Position numbers and translations under genes: made by a program. 64,000 nucleotides of DNA from Flaccisagitta enflata. Its lineage: Eukaryota. This document shows, piece by piece, positions 11,107-25,541 of the stretch (within the stretch, counting starts at the first letter, position 1; each line of letters begins with the position of its first letter). The stretch is taken from the NCBI GenBank assembly GCA_965153355.1, contig OZ231126.1, forward strand, positions 1,798,001 to 1,862,000, read 5' to 3'. The notes below the pieces were generated by a model. That model searched no databases, was not told where the DNA came from, and saw only the letters and a program-made list of their open reading frames with translations.

Positions 11107-11711
11107 CTACCCGAATTGAAAAAAACGCAAGTTTTTCATAGAATTGTTCAGATTGGACTTTATTTCACTAATGAACGGCATTTTCAGGTCAAGTTAGGTA
11201 TTTTAGAGCTTCTGTCCATCAAATTTGAGAGTTTTAGTCAATAGAATTCAGTAACTGATGAGAGAAAGCCGCGCAAAAGCAGGAGGTATTTTGGAGTAAA
11301 AAAATAATGGTATTGGGAAACATCCATGATTATTTTGGACGTTTTATCACATTTACCCGCTAGAAGTGTTTCATTTTTCAAGGCAGGCATTGGATAACTT
11401 TCATATGAGCACCATGATTGGTGACGAAATGAGCATAAATGCTCAAATGGTTACAAAAATGACAACCATAGAGAAATAATTTTCAATTAGAAATGGCCTC
11501 TTTCTCCTCCAACTGCGAAATGAAATTTTGACTTACTCACCTTCATTTGAATGTAACTTCTAAACGAATAAAGCTACAAATGTGGGATTGCGCTCAAAAG
11601 AAAGCCCTTGAAAAAAGCTTCAATTTGGTCACCGATAAATTGTTTCTAAAGTTAGCCAAAGGTGCGTAAATTGGCGTAGAAAAAACTTGCGTTTTTTTTT
11701 AATTCTGGTAG
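11107..11711. mobile_element. Tc1/mariner-type MITE (605 bp, ~30-bp TIR, TA TSD) inserted in the tail of a family-1 element
   Basis: TA|ctacccgaattgaaaaaaacgcaagttttt ... aaaaacttgcg(t)naattctggtag|TA. The flanks rejoin to caacgggtatta-ctgaccatatgacgcttttgcgactatt. Confidence 0.85.
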
Positions 11712-12901
11712 TACTGACCATATGACGCTTTTGCGACTATTCTGCACTATATTCTTAATGGTTCAGTTAAGCTTTACTGGAGCGCATGTCAGGGACTACA
11801 AAAAAATTATTGCTAATATAGAAATATCTATAAAGTTCAATTTCCATGCCTTATATACGGTTAGGCCACATAAGTTGGTGGGCCACAGCGGTGCTCAACT
11901 GTACAACTGAGTAATGGTATCCTGTGCTAAACAATACACAAAATGCACAATTACACATGTCATAACTCGAGATCAAACAACAAATTAATATGAGGGGAGC
12001 ATTTATTCCATTCAAAAGGAGATTATGGCTGACATGAGGAGAACGAAAATGATGTAATGGGCCAGGGATAGGGGTTGGGGGTTGGGTTGGCGAGTGGGGG
12101 GGGGGGGAGTCTGAACAAGAAATTGCATGCTGTGATACAATGATGACTTTTCATTTACATTCTGGAACTGCCTATTGCCTAATCACATGAATGAAACAGG
12201 CAAAAATTTTCCAAAATCAGAAATGACATATTTTTGATAAATAATGACAAAAACAAATGAAACAGTAACAAAGAAAATTAAGTCGCTAGGAATGGAAAAA
12301 ATTCTTCCACGTAGAACCAAGGTACATGTAGACGTAGTTATATTGAAGCTGATATAAAACGATGGAAAAGAGCCGATATGGCGAAGAACAGCTCAAATCC
12401 AATGTACTGTCAATAGAATGTATTCATGTAAATCATATCATACATATGGCGAAAGTATTGGTATTTAATTCATAAGTACGGTTTTGCTCGTTTTGATTAA
12501 AAACGGGTCTATAGCATTTTCGTGGCGTTCCTAAATTTCTGATGAAGTTATGTTTCTTTCCCAATCAACTGTTCCTTGACATTCTGGTGGTATTGTAAAG
12601 ATAAATAAGGAGCCTAAAGACCTTTTTTTTCAAAAGCTATGTCAGAAATGACAATATCAACCACATAAATTAAATCGTTTGCACTCTTACTCTTTTTTTC
12701 GCCCTAATATTCTCATCATTCTAGTAATCAGTTATTCTATTACAATCATAAGCCACTCTTATTATCAACCATTTATATCAATTATTGTTCGCATGATAGG
12801 CATTTATCACAATCGCAACATTTGGCAAGGATTTTGGTCTTGTGAAGAATTGTTTTTTTTTATGGACAAGGACAAGGACAATATCTCTCTTGAGAATGTT
12901 T

Positions 12902-12907
12902 TTTATT
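12902..12907 (-). terminator. Candidate polyadenylation signal for engrailed
   Basis: AATAAA on the minus strand ~250 nt after the stop codon. Another candidate lies at 12002-12007. Usage is unverified. Confidence 0.3.
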
Positions 12908-12968
12908 TGTTTGCATAATGGATAAAGCGCGAGAATTTCAATTTGGGCCATGCTTCGAAACATGGGTC

Positions 12969-13152
<184 letters not shown>

Positions 13153-13158
13153 AACAAT

Positions 13159-13368
13159 TCACGGTGAGTCCACAACATCGATGATTCCTCCGACATCAAT
13201 TGGTGTTGGCGCTGATCTGACGTCATCTCCGTTGTTGTTGTCATTGACAGAAACGATGTTGTTTTCATCATTGTTGTTGTTGTTTGGATGATTCATGATG
13301 GACATTCTTTGGCCTTCTTCGTCGTCATCAGAACCGTCTTCCGTGACTGTTGCGTGGTTGTAAAGACC
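13159..13368 (-). CDS. en: Engrailed-family gene, coding exon 5 (end of EH5, acidic/Asn-rich tail, stop)
   Basis: tttccgttttag|GGTCTTTACAACCAC gives GLYNHATVTEDGSDDDEEG...DVVDSP*. Phase 0, completing EH5 LMAQ|GLYNH. Not shown in the ORF track. Confidence 0.93.
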   Translation of the reverse strand, partial: GLYNHATVTEDGSDDDEEGQRMSIMNHPNNNNNDENNIVSVNDNNNGDDVRSAPTPIDVGGIIDVVDSP

Positions 13369-14113
13369 CTAAAACGGAAAAGAAATATCGAAATGTCATC
13401 TATTCTGCCATGGTGACCCGCCGCAATAGAAAGAAAACCAAAGGAAACCTAGGGTAACCTACAATAACCTTATTGACCTATGAATAATTAATATGAACAT
13501 GTGCGGTAAATCCGTTTCCTCTCCTCCCTATCCAGATAACAGATACCAGGTCATATTTCATGGTGTTTATAAGGGTTGTTCAAAACTGGTTTTATTTTTA
13601 TCATTGCCCCTGCTCATAGACCAATCAACATCAGCATCACTGCTCCTTCCCAACCTCATTCTATATCAAGCCGTGGCTAGCATTTGCATTCGCCACCAAA
13701 GAATCATTATGCTCCCCTGTCCATTACAGGTCTAGCCATGTCAATGCGTTATCACGTTTACCTTTTATGAAAAGATTTTGCATAAGATGTCATATTATAC
13801 TCATATCGCTGCTTATGGCATATCATGTTTATTTATGACATGGCATGTTATGTCATTTCATTTCATTTCATTTTAATTACCCTGTTATCCGAGGTTTTTG
13901 TATCCCGGATGCGCTCTCCAAATTCCTAATGAGAAAAATGGAGAACCTTACCATACCTGACCATACCTTGCCATGCTTGATTACACCTTACCATACCTGA
14001 CCATACCCAACCATACCTGATGCTTATCATACCTTAGTGCTAACCATAGCTTATCGTTCCTTTGACCTTGTCATATCTTGTCTTTTGTTAAGTTGTTATT
14101 TTCTCTTTAATAC

Positions 14114-14261
14114 CTGTGCCATGAGATGGACCGCCAAATCGCTTCTTCTGCCAGCAGCTTTCTTAATTTTTGCTCTTTTGTTTTGAAACCAAATTTTGAT
14201 TTGAGATTCGTTGAGTTTTAATTCGGCCGCTAAATCTTGACGGCGCTTCTCCGTTAAGTAC
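14114..14261 (-). CDS. en: Engrailed-family gene, coding exon 4 (homeodomain helices 2-3, start of EH5)
   Basis: [49 protein letters not shown]. Acceptor ctatcag, donor CAG|GTATTA. Phase 2 in, phase 0 out. Confidence 0.97.
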
Positions 14262-14448
14262 CTGATAGTAGGTGAGGATGGGAAAAAAAGAATGGTCAAG
14301 TTCAGAATCAACAACATTTCCTTATAGGCCTAATTGTATTCATTTACCACAAATATCTAACCTTTTTCCGAGCAATGTCACTGTGGCTTCGTTCTTTCAG
14401 TTTCACATACTGTTTTATCATAAAAAAGTGATGATGTTGATTACGTAC

Positions 14449-14584
14449 CTGTTATCGTTAAACTCAGTTTTGAGTCTTGCCAGTTGTTCATTTGTAAATG
14501 CAGTTCTGGGTCTTTTTTCGCCGCTGACGGTGCTGACAGCGCCCGGGCTGCTGTCCCTCTTGCGGGAACGACGAGAACGAGGAC
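14449..14584 (-). CDS. en: Engrailed-family gene, coding exon 3 (EH3, homeodomain N-arm and helix 1)
   Basis: (G)[45 protein letters not shown]. Acceptor ccttttttccag, donor AG|GTACGT. Phase 1 in, phase 2 out. Confidence 0.97.
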
Positions 14585-15477
14585 CTGGAAAAAAGGAACA
14601 ATACGTGAAGAGAAGGTAAAACAACGCATAGTCACTAACGTAAGAAAATGGCAAATTGGTGAAATAGTTGTGGGGATTTAGTTTGATACTGATACACCAA
14701 TCTGGTAATCCTTCATGTCTGGCCCATTACTCAAATGGAAAAACACACCCAAAGGCTCTTTATCTTATTTCATTTTTTTATGACATTCCTCGCCAACGTT
14801 GAAAAGGTGACCAGAATGAGAAAATTATTAATGGTAAAAAATGTTAAAGCCTAAAAGCAATCATCATAACAAGCCAAATGCTTTTATGATGATGTCATAT
14901 GAGCTAATACAAATCCCTCAATTCAAATTCAGAAAACTTTGCATGCATATCATCATTTACATCAATATTGATTTACAACTCTCAACATGATTCTTGTATG
15001 AAATATGTTTAAAACATCGCGTTTCTGTCTCTACTGTTGCCTTTTTATTTTCCAATCTTTCAAAAAAAAAAGTGAAATATATGTTTTCATTTTCTTTTCT
15101 TTTTTTTCACTTTTGGTCTCGGACCCTTCAAAATGTTTTCTTTAAATAATTATTGTCGGTTTGCTAATCAAAAATGGCCATTTACTTTTTGCGTGACTTA
15201 ATTTGTTTTTGAATTTTAACAATTTATCTTTTTAAAACATTTATCGCTTTGAAACGTGTTTCCCCTCAGTTTTATCCAAAGGAAAGATCCTCAACAAATG
15301 CGTGCGAAAAATAGAAGAGATCAAAGTAAATGTAAAAAAGCTGAGGAACCATCGTCTAGATGAAAATGAAATGTAAACTAGTTAGTCACAAGGATATATC
15401 AAAATCGGTGAACATTTGATTTTTTGTTGATTCAATCACTTTCCACATTGACCATTTAGAGCGTGACTGCTCAAGAC

Positions 15478-15805
15478 TAGGGCGGCTACCTAGGGGCCAA
15501 ATGTGGTCAAATTTTAGAACGCCACAGCCAACTAACCATACACTGTATCTAAACTGTATTTAAAAGGGAATTGAGGCAAGCAGAGATTGGTATCTGGAAA
15601 GAAAACCCACACGGTTTCAATGGGCGTAAAATTGGTTTCATATACTTAACCATTGTTTTGCCGTGCGGGTTTCTTGATCAAATACCGACCTCTGCCTTTC
15701 TAATTTACTGCTCAGATGCCGGCATCATGCCGATTAGTATGTATGGTTAGATGGCGGAGGAATTTTAAATTTTGAGCCAAATTCACCCTTCAGGTGACCG
15801 CCCTA
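15478..15805. mobile_element. hAT-type MITE (328 bp) with perfect 8-bp TSD
   Basis: TSD CTCAAGAC at 15470-15477 and 15806-15813. TIRs tagggcggctacct / aggtgaccgcccta. Confidence 0.88.
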
Positions 15806-16119
15806 CTCAAGACATCTTGACAATACATTATTCAATTTTCTTGCCATCTAGGTTTGGAGTCAAATATTAGCAGCTGTTACTAAGTAGCTAGAATTGCAAG
15901 CAAAATAGTCATGACCGATAATTTTGAGTGAGAGACAGTGAGTAACCATCAAATGGGCGTTCAATGTCATTACGCGCCTCACCACTTAAACCCAACAATG
16001 CGAAGTTTTTATGCCCTACTAGAGGCCCCCAAAAAATAATTTAACGTCTCTTTTGACGGGTTTTCAAATGTCAAATTTCGGGTGTCAAATGTAGTAATTA
16101 TTCACGCGCATCTGAAAAA

Positions 16120-16158
<39 letters not shown>

Positions 16159-16713
16159 GCTTTCATGATGACAACCCCGGCGATTTCGTTTGTGCCTGTA
16201 TCATGTAAAATGATCTGCTTTCAAAAGAAGTGAAATTTGCCTTCTCGTCTCAAAATCGCTTTGAATTTCCTTTTCTGTTTTGATCTCTCCATTTTTCTGT
16301 CTCTCATTCTTTCTTTCTGTCTTTCTGCGTATCCATCTAACTATCTTTTTGGGCTACTGTCTTTCTGTCTTCTTGTCTTCCTGTCTTTGTCTTCTTGGCT
16401 TCCTATCATTTTTCTCTTCTGAAACTCCGTTTGAAATTGCTACTCTGTTTACTGTCTTAGCTCTTTTTCTTACCCGTCTATCCCTTTATGTGTTAATCCA
16501 TTCATTCTGTTTGCCAGGAACTTTGTATTCTGATGAGCAGTCTTGATATTACATAATTTTCTTTCTTTTAATGTTGCCCTTGTTTGTTTTTTTGATTGTG
16601 TTTTGCTTGTATTTTCTGTCTGTGCGTTCATTTTTTTGTCTGCTGTCTTTGCCTCTGTATAACTGCCGCCGTATAACTGCCTCTGTATCTATGTCTCTGT
16701 AAATAACTCTGTC

Positions 16714-16787
<74 letters not shown>

Positions 16788-17133
16788 ACTCAAGTAAGTC
16801 ATAAAGACTCTAAAGCTCATATTTCAAAATGTGCAATTCTTTTAGTCAAAAACGCATCAAAAGAATTCGTTTCATTACTTTAAAGTCATTTGCATTTTTT
16901 AGTTTATGAGTCTTCTCGTGTTCCGTCATGGTTTATTGGCTGCCTCACAAATCATCTACGTGTATGTACCTAGTTTTTACTTTCGTAGGTGCTTGGTATC
17001 AATATCTAATTGATATACGCGTTGTAGAGAGGGGGGGGGGGGCAGTTTGGTGGGGGGTGGTGTGCGTACTAGATCAACCCATGACGTTTAGAAATGGTTG
17101 TAGCAAAGTTTGTATGTGCATCTTCCTCTTAAA

Positions 17134-17950
17134 AACAAGGCCAACACCTTACAGTCGCGTGCGGTTGTTAAGACGTGCGGTTGTTTACCACTAAAAGACA
17201 AAAAGACTAAACGTAAATTATCTTGCATTAGTTTGAAATGACTAACCATAAGTGCAATAAAAATGGCTGATTTTTCAACAGCTTTGAGCACATGTTTTGG
17301 TTAAAAGATTCTTGAAACCATCCTAAAATTCATGTAGTGTAGAGAGATGTCAAAAATATCTTTCATTTGAGTCCATGTAGCAACTTTTTTCTCAATTCTT
17401 TTAGAAAATATGACAGATTAAAGGCTAACAACTAATTTGCCACCTCATGAAAAAACGGCCGAATTTGTCGCTTGGATTTTCTGAAATATTTTAGATGAGT
17501 AAAAAGGATAGAAGATCTTCATCGATTTTGATGAAATTTTAGGTGCTAGTTGACCCGTATTTGCCCTAATATCAATTCAATTTTCATCAATATCGGGCAA
17601 CGTCTTCTGTAATTTTTTAGGGAACTTTGTAAAAATACCATGGGCAGTTTCAAAATTGAGTGTTTTGACTAATCTTGCTCTCATTTGCATATTCATTGAG
17701 TTGGTGGTCCCACAAAAGTTTCAAATGAAAGATCTTTTGAAGGGCTTTCCAGGTGTCATGAGTTTCGCTATCTTCAGATAAGTTCTAGTTCTTTTACAGA
17801 CCTTTCAAAAATCGGCCATTTTTTTTGCACTTATGGTTAAAGATGACTTAAAATGACATAAAACGACGGAAAAAAGTTAAGTGTGAGCAACCGACCGACC
17901 GACGGACCGGCGGACAGAGCAGGTCATAGAGTCGCGTGCACGCGACTAAA
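17134..17950 (-). mobile_element. DINE-1/HINE-like element family 2 (long copy)
   Basis: Palindrome agtcgcgtgcacgcgact and (CCGA)n at the right end; matching agtcgcgtgc and aacaaggcc at the left end. A shorter relative lies at 22230-22432. Confidence 0.6.
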
Positions 17951-17974
17951 AAGAAATCTTCCTATTCTTCCTAT

Positions 17975-18336
17975 TCTTCTTCTTCTTCTTCTTCTTCTTC
18001 TTCTTCTTCTTCTTCTTCTTCTTCTTCTTCTTCTTCTTCTTCTTCTTTTTCTTCTTCTTTTTCTTCTTCTTCTTCTTCTTCTTCTTCTCTTCTTCTCTTC
18101 TTCTTCTTCTTCTTCTTCTTTCTTCTCTTCTTCTTCTCTTCTTCTTCTTCTTCTTTCTTCTTCTTCTTCTTCTTTTTCTTCTTCTTCTTCTTCTTCTTCT
18201 TCTTCTTCTTCTTTCTTCTTCTTCTTCTTCTTCTTCTTCTTCTTTCTTTCTTCTTCTTCTTCTTCTTTCTTCTTCTTCTTCTTCTTCTTCTTCTTCTTCT
18301 TCTTCTTCTTCTTCTTCTTCTTCTTCTTCTTCTTCT
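17975..18336. repeat. (CTT)n microsatellite, imperfect
   Basis: Direct sequence. Confidence 0.97.
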
Positions 18337-18718
18337 TGTTCTCCTGCTCTATTTGCTCCATCGGATTCTTGTCCCTCTCCTTCACCTTCACCTTCCTCCT
18401 TTCCTTCTCCGTCGCAATCTTCACTATCCTCTTTATTTCATCACCAACCTTCCTCTCCTTCTCCATCTTCTTCCTTCTCCTTCATCCTCATCATCCTCAT
18501 TTGTTTCATCGCCACCATCCTCATCGATTTTGTTTTGACATCGTAATCAATACCGTTGTAAGAAAAGCGTTGTAGTTGACAGGGATCGAAGACTTTTTCT
18601 CTCCCAAATGTGAAATAATGACTCCTTTTATCCATCCATCACAATCTGACATTGAGTTAATTCCTCCTCACGTTCAATTACACGGTCAAAGTCGCAAATT
18701 GTAGTCTCAAGACATGAT

Positions 18719-18757
<39 letters not shown>

Positions 18758-19162
18758 AATTTTACGATATACAAGTTGGCTTCTAAGAATTCAAGCTATT
18801 ACTTTTACCCGATTTACCAGGCTAGATTTCTTTCTCATTCATTTCTACTTCTTGATACTAATTACCATTTCTTGCTGCAACCTTCACGCGTTATTTTTCT
18901 TTTTTCTATATCAAGAATTTAAAAAGATTAACGGTTAAGAATTACGTTAATTCATTTGCGATGCAGTTACGTAAAAAAACTTTATAGTGCGGTGGCCACC
19001 AAAGTTACCTCAAATATCACAAAATTTGACGGGCGCGACGCGGGGCCCCGAGGGTACAAAGTCTCAGGGCCCCTAAAAATCTCATAATCGCAGGGCCCAG
19101 AATTCTGTTCCCTGAGACACCATATTCTTTTACTCCCTCTCTCTTAATCTTTTATTATCTCT

Positions 19163-19227
<65 letters not shown>

Positions 19228-19229
19228 TT

Positions 19230-19732
19230 GGGCAGCGGCCCCAAAGGGGACAAAGTCCTGTAGAACACAGGGGACTTCGTTCGTCCCCCCCAGGCCCTCT
19301 CAGGCCTGAAATCTGCCCTCTCAGGTTTAAAATCTGCCTTCTCAGGCCTGAAATCTGCCCTTTCTGGCCTTGAATCTGCCCTCTTAGGCCTAAAATTTAG
19401 CCTTTCAGGCCTGAAACCTGTCCTCTCAGGCCTTGAATCTGCCCTCTCAGGCCTGAAATCTGCCCTCTCAGATTCAAGGCCTGAGAGGGCAGATTTCAGG
19501 CTTGAGAGGGCAGGTTTCAGGCCTGAGAGGACAGATTTCAGGCCTGAGAGGGTTAGGGGGGGGTGGATGGACAGAAGAACGGACGGACGGACAAACGAAC
19601 GAACAAAAGTCCCCTGTGTTCTACAGGACTTTGTCCCCTTCGGGGCCGCTGCCCTGCCTCTCATTCCAATTTACAACCATGCAAAGCAGGGCAACGGGTA
19701 TCGCTGTCCAAGTATTGCCCTTGGGCGACCTA
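19230..19732 (+). mobile_element. DINE-1/HINE-like element family 1 (subtype A) with a 21-bp internal array that reverses orientation
   Basis: Arms gggcagcggcccc..cctgtagaacacagggg and its reverse complement, (TTCG)n, and tail ending ttgcccttgggcgacct. Confidence 0.8.
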
Positions 19733-19915
19733 TTTCTCTCTCTCTGGCTGAATTTTTCTTCCTGTTCCCCTCTTTTCCCCCCATCCCCAATTGCAACCCA
19801 AATTCCAGCTATAAGTGTGTTGTGTAACAAGGCCGGATACACGGCAGGACAGTTGCGGACGGTTGGGCAGGAGGGGGCATCCTCTGAATCACGAAATTCG
19901 TGCTTAAGTTAAATT

Positions 19916-20090
19916 TTTAGTTGCGGACAAGCAACTCTATAAGAGGCTTTGTCCGTCCGTTGGTCGGTTGGTTGGTTGGTTAGTTGGTCCATCACGCTTG
20001 AGTTGAAAACGATCGCGCAGTGTGAAAACGCGCATTCTCGCCCCTGCCCACCTGTCCGCGACTGGTTTTGGCCGTGTATCCGGCCTTGTT
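19916..20090 (+). mobile_element. DINE-1/HINE-like element family 2
   Basis: ttttagttgcggac..caact, (GTCC/GGTT)n, gtccgcgact, hairpin ggccgtgtatccggcc then TT. An inverted partial copy lies at 19826-19875. Confidence 0.7.
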
Positions 20091-21052
20091 TTCCACTTAA
20101 GCACACCCTAGTGCTTCAGTGGAATTGAAAATAACTCGTGTTTTTTGCAATTTGAGCTTCAGTGGAATTGGAAGTAACTTATTTTGTCATAGTAGAAAAG
20201 ATAGTCAAAATAATTTTTTTCAATGCTAAAACTAAAAACAAAAATAAAAAACAAAAAAACAAACAAAAAAAAGGAATAAAAAGAATGTGAAAAATGTAAT
20301 CCATATATGCACACCAAATATGACCTCCTTTCAGAACCAACAAGTCTGGTCTGTCTGTCTATCTGTTTGTCAGTCACATTTTACTTTTTTATGTTTTTTA
20401 TTCCCTGGCCTCTAACACCTGTCCGCATATTATTGTCCCAGTAGTGTCACAACTTTAGATGCCTCACTACGGCTGGTGAGGAACAATATAAATCTCTGTT
20501 ATTGGATGTCAGATGAGTATTTCCTAGTATGTTTCATATTGTTTTCTGTATTTAATCCCATTTTGGTTGCTTCATATCAACTTAATCAACCCTTGACCAC
20601 TATCCAACAACGCCCAGATTTGAATTTTTCTATAGCTTTGGTTTGAATTTTTAAAGGGTTCATTTCTAAGAAATCCATCAAAATCCATGGGCAAATTGAA
20701 GAACTTTTCAAAAGCTTTTTAGCCTTGAAATCCGCATCTGAGTATCTTTCTTCATACAGATTTGGTAGGAATCTGAGGTTGGTTAGGTTTTTCTTGTAAT
20801 TTTGCCATGATTTGCTTGGGCAATGTTTTTACTGTTTTTGATCTAATTCGATTTTGTATGAAGCAATTCGAGCTCTAACTGGTGCAAAAAACTGCATGTT
20901 GCTAAATATCCTCGTTTTGATTTGACAGTCATTTGATTTTGGGACAATAATATATGGACAGGTGTTATGCTCCTGCCCAAATGTGGCCTCAAATATGGCC
21001 CCTGCCAACCCACACCCAACTAGGGTAGTCGTGTATCCGGCCTTGTTTCTCT

Positions 21053-22086
<1,034 letters not shown>

Positions 22087-23334
22087 ATTCCTATTGCTAC
22101 CAAACATGCCTAAATGATATACAGTCTGCCTGTCTACCTGTCAGTTTGCCTATCTACCTGACTGCCTACTTTATCTACTTTATGTCCATAGTTTAAACGA
22201 GAAAAGTGCAGAAAATGAGACCCTTACAAAACAAGGCCAACGCGTTACAAGTCGCGTGCGGTCTTGAAGACTAAAGGACTAAAGACCTACTGACCAAAAG
22301 ACAACAACTAAAAGCAGGAGCAGTAATGCAAAAAACGCCCAAAAACGCTGAAAAAAGCTAAGCGTGACAGACGGACCGACCGACCGACCGACGGACAGAG
22401 TGGGTCATAGAGTCGCGTGCACGCGACTAAAAAGGTCAGTTGAAATTGACCGATATACATTTTACAATTATGTTCTCTTTTTTAAATACTGTTAAGCCAT
22501 TCTGATTTTATGTTTCCCACCTTTATATGTTATGGCTTTTGTATCGCAATATTTTTTGTGAATTGACAATTTTCCTTCCAAGTCACTCTTTAGATATTTC
22601 ATTGCCATGCTATATTGCTTCACTCAATCACTCATCACTCAATTTCTCACCCACTCTCTCACTCACTCACTCACTCACTCACTCACTCACTCACTCACTC
22701 ACTCACTCACTCACTCACTCACTCACTCACTCACTCACTCACTCTTTCTCTATCTATTTCTCTTTCCTTTTCTCTTCACTCTCATTCTCTTTTAATGACA
22801 TAATTCATTTTTCTTTCTCTGCTGCAATTTGTCGTTTTATCGCATCAAATTTATTTTTGACAAAAGAAAAATTATTTTCACAGACCATTTTTTTGTTTTT
22901 TGTTTTTCATATTTTTTCTATTATGTTTTTTTTTTCATTTCGGTCGTTAACTTTTTTATGTCATACTTGTTCTCATATCGTTCCGGACCTAATCTCCAGG
23001 ATGAGTCCTGCCAACCATCAACCTTTCTTCCCCATTACTAAGAAACACTTTTCTAAATCCAACTCTCTAATTTCAACTCTCATTTCAATAACACCAGTCA
23101 TTCCCCTCCCCCCTCTTCTCAAGTAAACTGTCCAATCATCAACCATATTCCTAAGCAACACCTCACTCATCTTGAATCAACCATTTAACTTAAACCCCAT
23201 TCTTGAGCAAAGATGCTAGTCTCAGTCCAAATTTCACATCACTAACCAACCATTAGTCTCCTTATTCGCCTACCTTTACATGAAAGTACAACAGCGCATC
23301 CCCAGCACAACTGAACAACAAACCACCACATTAT

Positions 23335-23813
23335 ATCTCCAGCCTTACCTAACATCAAACCACAACAGCAAATCTCCAGCCTCACATAACATCAAAACAC
23401 AACAGCAAATCCGCAGCCTTACTTTAAATCAAACCACAACAGCAAATCTCCAGCATCACTTGATATCAAACCACAATAGTAAATCTTCAGCCTCACTTGA
23501 CATCAAACCACAACAGCAAATCTCCAGCCCCACTTAACATCGAACCACAGCAGCAAATCTCCAGCCTTACTTGCCATCCAACCACAACAGCAAATCTCCA
23601 GCCCCACTTTTCATCAAACCACAATTGTAAATCTCCAGCCCCACTTTACATCAAACCACAACAGCAAATCTCCAGCCTCACTTAGCATCAAACCACAACA
23701 GCATATCTCCAGCCTTACTTAGCATCAAACCACAACAGCAAATCTCCAGCCTCACGTAACATCAAACCACAACTGCATATCTCCAGCCCCAATTTTTCAT
23801 CAAACCTCAGCAG
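23335..23813. repeat. 37-bp minisatellite, ~13 copies (catcaaaccacaacagcaaatctccagcctcacttaa)
   Basis: Contiguous degenerate units without spacers. Confidence 0.92.
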
Positions 23814-24172
23814 CACATTATGTTGATCAGCGGAGAATTTTCCCACACCCACGTTAATGTATCACTATTCAGTATCTGCCCAAATTAATCGCGACCACTG
23901 TATCAATCTTATGTGTTTTTTTTCTCTATATTCAAAATAAAAACGCTAAAAAAGTGAGGCCACCGACTTTTGTCCATTTGTCTTATTTATTTTGTGTGTG
24001 TAAGGGGGGGGGTAAGGGGGGCCCGTGAGATTCCCGCTCCTTAAACTTGTTTTTTTTTTTATTATATGCTCCCTTCTTTCTTTTTCTTCTCTTTGCCTAA
24101 TTCCCTTCCATCTTTTCCTCCATCCCCTTCTCCCCTTTATCCTTTCCACATTCTCTTATCCTTCTCCTTTTT

Positions 24173-24849
24173 GGGCAGCGGCCCGAAGGGGACGAAGTCC
24201 TGTAGAACACAGGGGGAACTTCGTTTGTTCGTCCGTTCGTCCATTCGTTAGTCCCCCCCTTCATCAGATCCTCAAATTCAGCCTCAAATTCAGCCTCTCA
24301 GGCCTCAAATCCAGCCTCTCAGGCCTCAAATCCAGCCTCTCAGGCCTCAAATCTAGCCTCTCAGGCCTCAAATCTAGCCTCTCAGACCTGAAATCTGGCC
24401 TCTCAGGCCTCAAATCTGGCCTCTCAGGCCTCAAATCCAAATTCTCAGGCCTCAAACCTGGCCTCTCATGCCTCAAATCAGGCCTCTCAGGCCTCAAACC
24501 AGCCATCTGAACCTCCATTTATTGCTCTCAGGCTTCAAATCAGTCCTCTGGCCTCTCAAGCCTTATCAGCTCTCTCAAGCCTCAAGTCAGCCCTTTCAAG
24601 CTTCCAATCGGCATTCTCAGACCTTATATCAGCCTTCTTAAGTTCTTAGACCTCAGTTTAGGCTCTTGAATGCCTTCAGTCAGCCCTCTATAGCATCTCA
24701 TCAACTTCTTCAGGTAGGACAAACCCCCTGTGTTCTACAGGACTTCGTCCCCTTCGGGGCCGCTGCCCTGCTTCCTCTCACTCCAATTCACAATCACTCA
24801 AAGCAGGGCAACGGGTATCGCTGACCACATATTGCCCTTGGGCGACCTG
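24173..24849 (+). mobile_element. DINE-1/HINE-like family 1, subtype A, 21-bp internal array
   Basis: ~45-bp inverted arms, (TTCG/TCCG)n, aggcctcaaatccagcctctc units, 3' tail with short hairpin, T-run flanks. Confidence 0.8.
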
Positions 24850-24900
24850 TTTATCGTCTTTTCTTCCTCCTCATTTCCTCCTCTCTATTCCCCCTTTTTT

Positions 24901-25525
24901 GGGCAGCGGCCCCGAAGGGGCCGATGACCTATGCTTTCTCACATAGGGGAAATTTCTCCTTCTCCTCCTTCTTCTCCTTCTTCTCTTCTTCTTCTTCTTC
25001 TCCGTCCCCCCCCCCCTTGAGGCCCAAATCTTAGTCTCCAAGCCCAAATCCTAGTCCCGAGGCCCAAATCCTAGCCTCCGGGCTCAAACCTACCTTTGAA
25101 GCTCGAATCCCAGCCTCAAGGCTCAAATCTCAGCCTCAGGGTTCAAATCCAAGCCTCGAGGCTCAAACCAAAGCCTCAAAGCTCAAACCCCAGCCTCGAG
25201 GCTCAGATTTCAGCCCCAAGGCTCAAATCCCAGCCCCAAGGCTCAAATCATAGTCTCGAGCCCCAAATCCTAGCCTCCAAGCTCAAATCCCAGCCTCCAA
25301 GCTTATATCCCAGCCTCCAAGCTCAAATCCCAAGCTCAAGGCACAAATCTCAGCCTTAAGGCCCCAAATATAGCCTCCAGGCTCTAATTTAAGCCTTGAG
25401 GTTCAAATAAAAACAGCATAGGTCATCGGCCCCTTTGGGGCCGCTGCCCCTCTAACCACCTAACACCCACAAACACTCTCATAGGGGCAACGGGTACCGC
25501 TGACCATCTGACGCTTTTGCGACTA
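24901..25525 (+). mobile_element. DINE-1/HINE-like family 1, subtype B, 20-bp internal array
   Basis: Arms ending gccgatgacctatgct; tail ends gacgcttttgcgactatt. Confidence 0.8.
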
Positions 25526-25541
25526 TTCCTCTTCTCTTTTT

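Noticed and set aside
23335-23813. 37-bp repeat array as a CRISPR
   Set aside because: Units are contiguous and degenerate with no unique spacers, no cas genes, and a eukaryotic intron context.
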